A stretch of DNA of 64,000 nt from assembly GCA_944390005.1 (NCBI GenBank), contig CALXOJ010000010.1, positions 610-64,609 on the forward strand, written 5' to 3'. This document shows, piece by piece, positions 57,169 to 64,000 of the stretch (position 1 is the first letter of the stretch; each line of letters starts with the position of its first letter). This stretch comes from an uncultured Spirochaetota bacterium (GTDB lineage Bacteria > Spirochaetota > Spirochaetia > JAFGXN01). The notes under the pieces were generated by a model. The model was not told the origin of the DNA. It worked only from the letters and a program-made list of their open reading frames with translations, and did no database searches. The position numbers and the translations under genes are program-made.

Positions 57169-58287
57169 TTAAAATTTAATCTGAAAACTCTTCGGCAGCA
57201 TAATTTCAGAAACGCAGTCGATGGCATAATCGTCGGTCATACCGGCAACGTAATCGAACGCCGCTTCGGATTCCGGCTTGTCTTCGTAATAAGCTGACAT
57301 TTTTTCGAGGTAATCGGCAAAATGAGCTGCCAACGAATTCGGTTCGTCGAAAAACCGCTGCGTATCGCGGCCGTACTTTTGAACCAAGTCGGTCAGATAG
57401 CCGTAAACGGCGGTCAGAATGCGTTTAAAGTTGTCGTGATACACCGTCATCTTCGGATTGCGGTAAATGTGCTCGTAATTAAACTTCACCAAATGACGCA
57501 TGGCTTCATAAACCGCATCGGAAAAGCCGATTTCACCCGTCTTCAGTGACGTTTCAATAAGATCGCGCACCATTGTGTTGATCATTTTGGCATTGTTGCT
57601 TCCCAAGACCCGTTCGGCCGCCGGCGGCAGGCTTTCGGCGGAAATTAAATGCAAATGACAAGCGTCTTCAAAATCTCGTCCGAGATAGGCGATTTTATCG
57701 GAGAACCGAACAACCACGCCCTCCCATGTAGCCGGCAAACGGCTGCGGTCAGTCAAATTTTCCAAACAACAGACAGAAAAGTCGGGCTTCAACGACTGTT
57801 CAAACCGTTCGCCGCAGTGATTAACGATTCCGTCGCGCACCGCGTAAGTCAGGTTCAGTCCTTTTCCGTAACCGGTCAACGAATCGACAGTCTTCAGCGA
57901 ATAAAGTTCATGTGAAAACGCCTGTCCCGAAAGTTCTGCAAGAATCTGTTCGCCGAGATGTCCGAACGGCGTGTGTCCCAAGTCGTGCCCCAATCCGATT
58001 GCCCATGCCAAATCGCTGTTTAAATCGAGCGCGCGGCAAATCGTTGAGGCAATAGAGGCAACGTGCATAACGTGTTCGATGCGGGTGCAAATGTGATCGT
58101 TCTTTGGCGCGTAAAAAACCTGTGTTTTGTGTTTCAGGCGGCGGAACGGATAAGAGTGAATGATGGCGGTGACATCGCGGAAATAGTTGCCGCGCGGATC
58201 CGAATGTTCTCCCGCCTTAACAAACCGCCGCGCTTTCAGAACCGCCGCATCCAAAGGATTTTGAAAAAAGAGATTGGACGAGCTCAC
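57169..58287 (-). CDS. dgt: dGTP triphosphohydrolase-like HD-domain protein
   Basis: FRRLKHKTQVF, TRIEHVMHV and GLGHDLGHTPFGH motifs. Confidence 0.85.
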   Translation of the reverse strand: MSSSNLFFQNPLDAAVLKARRFVKAGEHSDPRGNYFRDVTAIIHSYPFRRLKHKTQVFYAPKNDHICTRIEHVMHVASIASTICRALDLNSDLAWAIGLGHDLGHTPFGHLGEQILAELSGQAFSHELYSLKTVDSLTGYGKGLNLTYAVRDGIVNHCGERFEQSLKPDFSVCCLENLTDRSRLPATWEGVVVRFSDKIAYLGRDFEDACHLHLISAESLPPAAERVLGSNNAKMINTMVRDLIETSLKTGEIGFSDAVYEAMRHLVKFNYEHIYRNPKMTVYHDNFKRILTAVYGYLTDLVQKYGRDTQRFFDEPNSLAAHFADYLEKMSAYYEDKPESEAAFDYVAGMTDDYAIDCVSEIMLPKSFQIKF

Positions 58288-59678
58288 ATCGTCTCCCTAT
58301 TAATCAGAAACCGCGGATTTAAAAGTGCATCCAGCTCCTGCGGAAGAATATCAGTCAGCTTCAACGCCGCTTCCCGCACCGTAATCCGCTCTCGGTAAGC
58401 GGCATACGCAATCTGCGCCGCTTTGTCGTATCCAACCTTCAGCGCCAAAGGCGTTACCATCGCCAGCGACCATTCGATTTGCTTGCGGCACTGTTCGCGG
58501 TCGGCTTTGATTCCGGCCACACATTTTTTTGCCAAAGCGTCGGCTGCGTTGGTCAGAATCGACAGCGATTCAAGAATTTCATAAGCCATCAGCGGCATCA
58601 TCATATTGAGCTGCAGCGGACCCGTCTGCCCGCCGACGGAAATCGTCACATGTTTACCCATAACCGCGGCGCACACCTGAATAACGCATTCGGGAATCAC
58701 CGGGTTTACCTTCCCGGGCATAATGGAACTTCCCGGCTGAAGAGACGGCAATTCAATTTCAGCAAAACCGCAGCGCGGACCGGAAGAGAGCAGCCGCAAA
58801 TCATTGGCAATTTTCATCAAAGAAACAGCGATACCGTTGAGAACTCCCGACAGCGCAACAATTGAATCGCGGGCGCCGATAGCCTCAAAGTAATTAGATG
58901 CCGGTTTGAACGGCAGTTTTGTCCATTCGGAGAGTTTGGCAGCCGCCGCTTTCGGCATACGCGGATCGCAATTAAGCCCCGTTCCGACAGCCGTTCCGCC
59001 GAGCGCCAATTCGGTCACCCGCGGCAAAACCTCCTTAACGGCGTGCGCTCCGCAGGTCATTTGACGGGCAAAGGCGGAAAACTCCTGTCCCAGCGTCATC
59101 GGCACAGCATCCTGCAAATGAGTGCGGCCGATTTTTTCGACATCGGCAAACTCCTTTGCTTTGGCATCAAAAACCTCCGCAAGCGTTTGAAGCGCATCGA
59201 TGAGTTTCAGCGCCTCACAGGCAGCCGCAACGTTCATCGCCGACGGAATCACATCATTCGACGACTGTCCGCGGTTGACGGTGTCGTTCGGGTGTACCGG
59301 CGACTTGGCGCCTTTCTCCGTTCCAAGAATCTCGTTTGCACGGTTGGCAATCACCTCATTGACATTCATGTTCCAGCTGGTTCCGGACCCGGTTTGATAA
59401 ACATCCAACGGAAAATCCCCGTCAAAACGCCCCTCCGCCGCCTCATCGCAGGCAGCGGCAATCGCCCGCACCGCATCCGCCTCCAACAACCCCAGTTCGC
59501 CGTGAACCAAAGCCGCCGCTTTTTTAATCAGAACCAACGCCCGCAAAAACGGCCTCGGCATCCGTAAAGACGAAATGCGGAAGTTTTCCGCCGCCCGCGC
59601 CGTTTGCGCACCGTAATACCTATCGGAAGGAACGCTCACCGTCCCCATGGAATCTTTTTCTTCTCTAAAATTGCTCAT
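58284..59678 (-). CDS. aspA: aspartate ammonia-lyase (class II fumarase/aspartase family)
   Basis: The signature GSSIMPGKVNPVIPE (NPV.PE is aspartase-like rather than fumarase NPTQ). ATG 59678 is preferred; the listed ORF runs 43 codons further upstream. Confidence 0.8.
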   Translation of the reverse strand: MSNFREEKDSMGTVSVPSDRYYGAQTARAAENFRISSLRMPRPFLRALVLIKKAAALVHGELGLLEADAVRAIAAACDEAAEGRFDGDFPLDVYQTGSGTSWNMNVNEVIANRANEILGTEKGAKSPVHPNDTVNRGQSSNDVIPSAMNVAAACEALKLIDALQTLAEVFDAKAKEFADVEKIGRTHLQDAVPMTLGQEFSAFARQMTCGAHAVKEVLPRVTELALGGTAVGTGLNCDPRMPKAAAAKLSEWTKLPFKPASNYFEAIGARDSIVALSGVLNGIAVSLMKIANDLRLLSSGPRCGFAEIELPSLQPGSSIMPGKVNPVIPECVIQVCAAVMGKHVTISVGGQTGPLQLNMMMPLMAYEILESLSILTNAADALAKKCVAGIKADREQCRKQIEWSLAMVTPLALKVGYDKAAQIAYAAYRERITVREAALKLTDILPQELDALLNPRFLINRETM

Positions 59679-59684
59679 GCTCCC

Positions 59685-59690
59685 ATTATA
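59685..59690 (-). promoter_or_regulatory. -10 box of aspA; predicted leaderless mRNA
   Basis: On the minus strand: TATAAT (59690-59685), 6 nt, ATG at 59678. Confidence 0.45.
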
Positions 59691-60027
59691 AGCTTTTTCG
59701 AAAAAATATCCAGACGATTTTTGACGTTCAACGCAAACGGCATGATGGACACACGTTTCAGGTGCCTTCGGTTTTCTCTTTTTCGGGCGCGTGCCCCTGC
59801 GGGGCACCGGGCTTTCCGCTGCAATTCGCAGCCTCCCGCGCCTTTACCGAGGCAAAGCTGCCGCTTTGCCCTGCGCCATCTCTCCGTCGGCAGCTCATTT
59901 CCGCTCCAATCCCTCGCGCCTTCGAAAGCGTGCGCCCCTTTTTCGGATCCGCCGCTGTAATGACATCATCCCGTGTTATCCGAAAAACAAACAAAACGCA
60001 ATAAGAAAAAATAATTTTTTATTTAAT

Positions 60028-60057
60028 TTGACTGGGGGGGGGGGGGCGTGTTATCCT
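60028..60057 (+). promoter_or_regulatory. sigma70-type promoter whose spacer is a poly(G) tract
   Basis: TTGACT (60028-33), 18 nt spacer (G13 plus cgtgt), TGtTATCCT (hexamer at 60052-57). SD GAGGAG lies at 60064-69 and the ATG at 60077. Confidence 0.6.
60034..60046 (+). repeat. homopolymeric G13 tract
   Basis: Thirteen consecutive G counted directly. It is the longest G/C run I saw in the window. Confidence 0.95.
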
Positions 60058-60076
60058 AACATTGAGGAGATTTCTT

Positions 60077-63000
60077 ATGAAAAAAATAATCCCACTGTTA
60101 TCTGTTTTTATGTTATTATTCATGGCTTGCCCTCCGAAAGACGGAGAAGAAGTCGCAATTACTCTATCGCCGACGACCTTGGAGCTGAAAGTCGGTGAAA
60201 CCGGTGCTTTAACCGCGTCCGTCACACCGGCGCAAGCAAAAATTGCGGGTGTGAAGTGGAGTTCTTCCAACACGGCGGTTGCCTCCGTATCCTCGGGAAC
60301 GGTGACCGGCGTCGGAGAAGGAACGGCAACCATCACCGCCGAATCGGTGCAGGACCCATCAAAAAAAGCGAGCGCTTCGGTCACTGTCACCAATCCGTAC
60401 AAAGACGGTTTTACGATTTCGGGCGAAAACGTTATCGTTTTGCTTGCAACTCAAAAAAAGGTTAACTTCCAACTCTTTAGCGATTCTGAAAAATTTTTGA
60501 ATGAAGTAAAAGCGTGCTTTCCGGCAGCCGAATCGGCGGGTTTCACCTACAGCAATATTATTGTTAAAAAAATTGACGCCGCTGAAAACAGCTTGGTTTT
60601 GCTGACTGATCCGCCGCTGTTTAAGCTCGATTCGCCGCTTTCGGCAGACAGTTTTGCGGGTGAAAAGACCGCTAATGTGCAGCCCGGAACGGAATACACA
60701 AAGAAATTCGCCCTTGATCTGGAAGTCGGCGGACGGACGGTGAAAGTGACATGGGGTGACGGCGAAGGCGACGTGTTTACCACACCGAGTGAGGGTGAAA
60801 TCACCTTCTCGGCGAGTGATGTCTCGTATTCGGTTTCTGCTGACGGGATTCTTTCCGGCAGTGTCAATAACTTATTGACGAAGTTTACCGACGCCGGTAT
60901 CGAGAATGTCGAAAGTAAACAGGTTAAGATTACCGTTACCGCCAACGATCAAACCAAAGACGTGACGAGCAACGTCTCCAACTCAATTGAATGGAGTTTT
61001 GATAAAGCATTTGACGAAGGAACGGACGTTGAGCTGAACGTGAAACTGACATTTGACGGATGGGATCCAATGCCGAATGTGACATATGAAGGTCTGCCGA
61101 TTGTGTTTACGACTGCAAAATCCGTGACGGTTACGCCGGCAGAAATTAACCTGCTGCGTAAAACAGACGATCGCGGCAACCCTGAGGCAACGTTGATTGC
61201 GCAGTTCAGCTATCCTGACATGGAGGTTTTGCTTGACGGAGCCGATTATTTGAACGGCGCGTATGCCGATTACGACTTTGAAAACGCGACGTGGAGCGCT
61301 GAGTTTGCCGATGCGGACAATGCCGGAACACCAGTCGCGACTATTACGGACGCGCCTTACGGTGAACCGACGGAGACCAATTTAGCTTTGGACAAAGATT
61401 ATAATCTGAAGCTGATTAAGGGAACGTTGACCGTTCCCGCACGTGTTGGCGGAACGTCCGTTTCGTTTTCTCTGGTTTGGGGAAGCGATAAACTTTTCGG
61501 TGATTCGGTTTTGGTGAAGGGAGACCGCGAGTTTCCCGAATACATCTGGTTGGATCAGAACGGCAATTATAAAGAAGAAGATCCGAATGACGGCAGCTAC
61601 ACGAAGTACCGACTGTCGTGGGGAGATGACTTCAACTATCCGTTCAACGGGTTGAACTATAAGAATAATGGAGCCTATTTGGCGGCGCGGGAAAATCCCG
61701 ACGACCCTGCCCATGATTTTGCCCGCCTGTGGGGCTGTGAAAAGTTGGAGCAGGGATCGCACGGAAGAAAATCAGGAACATGGGACTTCCGCACCATCGA
61801 AGCGAAAAACGGAATGCTGATGTCGAAGCATATGGCGGCTGACGCTGACAATGACATTTTTTATTTGGGGTTAAATAAAACCAAACCGCTCGGCGGATTT
61901 ACTGATATTAATCAGGACGGACAATCTGGACATACTTTTGTTCCGAATTTTATTTCGGGGGCTGCGGTCACCAACGAACTGTACGGAAAAGGATATTACG
62001 TGGCAAAGCTGCGCACCCGCTATAAAGGTTATTCCGACACAAAGCATTTTACAGGCGGGGAGGCAGGCGGTACCGGCGCTTGGTTTGCGTTTTGGATGCA
62101 CGGACCGGTTCATGAGTTTGACTTAATGGAACAGACGGCAGGAAGCCCGCGGGTTATCAACTACGTCAACCAGTATCACAATAGCTGGGGAACTTACGGA
62201 ACGACGTATATGTCTTATTTTTACCAGCAGTTGAATGTCAACGGCGCTGATACGGTCATGCAGGACAACTGGTACAAGCTGGCGCTGCAATGGACCGATG
62301 ATCAGGTGACCTATTATTACAACGACGTCTGGGCGCATTATTATAAAGCTACCGATAGTAACAACAAACAGGCGTCACTGACAAAGAACAATAATTTACA
62401 AAGTCAAGCCGGTGCAGTATCAAATAACGGTAATACTGATAAGCAAAGCGTTAACACTTCAGGTTTCAACACGTCGTATAGAGACCATGGTTATACCGAT
62501 ACCCTGTTAGCCGTTCCGCAGGCGCCGATGAACGTCTTTTTGTCGACAGAAATCGGCAGCGGATGGGGCTCTGTTCCGACGCAGAAGAATGCATTGAATC
62601 ATCTTCCTGTATGGGTCGAAGCTGATTACATCGCTTATTACGTGCCGGACGTTCCTGTGCAGTCAGTCGAGATTCCGGAAGATTTGAAACTTCAATATGA
62701 GACAGTATATCTGACCACACCCGATTTTCAGCTGACAGCGGAAGTTTTGCCGTCCAATGCGACATCGACGGAAGTAAGCTGGAGCAGTTCCGATGACGAG
62801 GTTCTTACGGTTTCCGCGGACGGAATTGTCCATATTCTCAAAGCGGGAGAAGCAACCGTGACGGTCGCCTCCGTGTTGGATTCGTCAAAATCCGATTCTT
62901 TTCTCATTACCGTTAATTCCGATTCAACGCCCGTAGAAAGCGTTGAGATTAACACTGTCGACGAAACAGTTGCAATTGATTACATGGGCACCACAACGCT

Positions 63001-64000
63001 GACTGTCACCATCTTACCCGATAACGCGTCGGTAAAAAATGTAGAGTGGACAGTGGCTCCCGAAGGCATTGTGGAACTGGAAAACGCCGATACGGAGACA
63101 GTCACCGTCAATGCGGTCGGCAGCGGTACGGCAACGATCACCGTGACTTCGGTTGACAATCCCGAAGCCGTCGATTCGGTAAGCGTAACCATCGCTCCGC
63201 CGACGGCTCCGGGCACGTTTGAAGCGCACGGAACAACGTTTACCAAAGTTGATTCCTTGGAGTTCAGCGGCGACAACGGAGCGCTGCCCGATTACGCCGT
63301 TGTTGAAGAAGTGGACGGAGGGGAAGGCCGCATTACCTTCTCCGGCGGTCAAATGGTTGTGAATGCGGGAACCAAAACCAAATTGGTTTACACTCCGCAA
63401 GCCGATAAAGAGTTTGATTTTGTGCTGATTCACGCCTCTTATTCGGACGGAACGCCGAACGCGTACATCAACAACTTTAACAGCAATAATGTGGAATTGT
63501 CTCATTTGCAGTACATTAGAGACAGCAATAAATTACAGGTTTTTTCAGCAGATTGGCGCCGTTCTACGGATACGAATTTCACCTTCAGCGGCGATCCGGC
63601 GCTTTACGGAATTTACGCAGACAGCGGTACGTATGCTTTCGCGATTCAAAAGAATTGCTACGAGTCGCAAGAACTTTTTGAAAAGCTCGGAAGTTATGAC
63701 GCTGTTGATTTCGGTTCCGATAAAGTGGAATTTGTTTTTGAAGGCAGCGGAACGGTGAGAATTGACTACATCGGCTTTTACAAGGCGCAGAACTCTTTGG
63801 TTGATACTTCTCGCACCGCAGGACAATTGCCTGCCCAAGCCATTACCCGTGGCGGCAAAGATTACACGCTGGTGAGTACTTTGTTTGGGGAGGGAAATAA
63901 TGGTATCTCTTTGACGGATTACTTAGGAGCGGAGTATATAGAAGCGGGTTCGCTGTTGAAAATTACGCAGCAAGATACGAGTACGGAAGAGACTATGGAC
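60077..64000 (+). CDS. large surface lipoprotein with three Big_2 domains and a GH16-like catalytic domain; 5' part only, continues beyond the window
   Basis: Hand translation found no stop in 1308 codons. Lipobox LFMAC is present. Big_2 domains lie at about 60155-60360, 62660-62915 and 62930-63195. GH16 motifs are YGKGYYVAKLR, GAWFAFWM and HEFDLME (62111-62131). The ORF is absent from the supplied track because it has no in-window stop. Confidence 0.85.
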   Translation, partial: MKKIIPLLSVFMLLFMACPPKDGEEVAITLSPTTLELKVGETGALTASVTPAQAKIAGVKWSSSNTAVASVSSGTVTGVGEGTATITAESVQDPSKKASASVTVTNPYKDGFTISGENVIVLLATQKKVNFQLFSDSEKFLNEVKACFPAAESAGFTYSNIIVKKIDAAENSLVLLTDPPLFKLDSPLSADSFAGEKTANVQPGTEYTKKFALDLEVGGRTVKVTWGDGEGDVFTTPSEGEITFSASDVSYSVSADGILSGSVNNLLTKFTDAGIENVESKQVKITVTANDQTKDVTSNVSNSIEWSFDKAFDEGTDVELNVKLTFDGWDPMPNVTYEGLPIVFTTAKSVTVTPAEINLLRKTDDRGNPEATLIAQFSYPDMEVLLDGADYLNGAYADYDFENATWSAEFADADNAGTPVATITDAPYGEPTETNLALDKDYNLKLIKGTLTVPARVGGTSVSFSLVWGSDKLFGDSVLVKGDREFPEYIWLDQNGNYKEEDPNDGSYTKYRLSWGDDFNYPFNGLNYKNNGAYLAARENPDDPAHDFARLWGCEKLEQGSHGRKSGTWDFRTIEAKNGMLMSKHMAADADNDIFYLGLNKTKPLGGFTDINQDGQSGHTFVPNFISGAAVTNELYGKGYYVAKLRTRYKGYSDTKHFTGGEAGGTGAWFAFWMHGPVHEFDLMEQTAGSPRVINYVNQYHNSWGTYGTTYMSYFYQQLNVNGADTVMQDNWYKLALQWTDDQVTYYYNDVWAHYYKATDSNNKQASLTKNNNLQSQAGAVSNNGNTDKQSVNTSGFNTSYRDHGYTDTLLAVPQAPMNVFLSTEIGSGWGSVPTQKNALNHLPVWVEADYIAYYVPDVPVQSVEIPEDLKLQYETVYLTTPDFQLTAEVLPSNATSTEVSWSSSDDEVLTVSADGIVHILKAGEATVTVASVLDSSKSDSFLITVNSDSTPVESVEINTVDETVAIDYMGTTTLTVTILPDNASVKNVEWTVAPEGIVELENADTETVTVNAVGSGTATITVTSVDNPEAVDSVSVTIAPPTAPGTFEAHGTTFTKVDSLEFSGDNGALPDYAVVEEVDGGEGRITFSGGQMVVNAGTKTKLVYTPQADKEFDFVLIHASYSDGTPNAYINNFNSNNVELSHLQYIRDSNKLQVFSADWRRSTDTNFTFSGDPALYGIYADSGTYAFAIQKNCYESQELFEKLGSYDAVDFGSDKVEFVFEGSGTVRIDYIGFYKAQNSLVDTSRTAGQLPAQAITRGGKDYTLVSTLFGEGNNGISLTDYLGAEYIEAGSLLKITQQDTSTEETMD

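Noticed and set aside
1-64000. A search for CRISPR arrays, tRNA/rRNA genes, transposases, integrases, toxin-antitoxin pairs and known defence-system genes.
   Set aside because: By eye I found no spaced direct-repeat array, tRNA-like T-arm or acceptor pattern, or DDE, tyrosine or serine recombinase motif. No restriction-modification or defence hallmark domains were seen. The intergenic regions are short. This visual scan is not exhaustive.

Overview
This 64 kb window is chromosomal and mostly housekeeping, about 50% GC, densely coded on both strands. I saw no rRNA, tRNA, CRISPR array, transposase or integrase. The gene content resembles a spirochaete (Treponema-like), but that is inference only. 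It includes a V/A-type ATPase operon, an archaeal-type ProRS, hemerythrins, NfnAB, and many lipoproteins with Big_2 or Listeria-Bacteroides repeats. Recognisable genes: tandem hemerythrins, a three-gene fumarate reductase with an HdrB-like CCG subunit and no membrane anchor, and a heterodimeric ABC exporter. Also present are a PHP phosphatase, a MinD-like/lgt/EpmA-like/DUF4105/thioredoxin operon, ctp-rsmE-WecG, an exported nitroreductase and nfnAB plus an acyl-ACP thioesterase. A sugar-binding lipoprotein sits next to a sigma54-type activator, followed by a STAS-zinc-ribbon operon. The rest are murA, folB, proS, an M29 peptidase, ClC, a Fur-family regulator, leuS, a beta-CASP nuclease, metK, wecA-like, a nine-gene V-ATPase operon followed by usp and EIIA-Ntr, dgt and aspA. 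Three points deserve a second look. (1) A 3.9 kb ORF at the right edge (60077 to beyond 64000, Big_2 plus GH16-like lipoprotein) is missing from the supplied ORF track. Its promoter spacer is filled by a 13-nt poly(G) tract, which is a candidate phase-variation switch. (2) At least ten transcription units have a TATAAT-like -10 box 5-7 nt upstream of the ATG and no Shine-Dalgarno, which implies widespread leaderless mRNAs. (3) A sigma54 activator without an HTH sits next to a STAS-zinc-ribbon gene and two uncharacterised polytopic membrane proteins. I found no defence system or other clearly novel multi-gene system.
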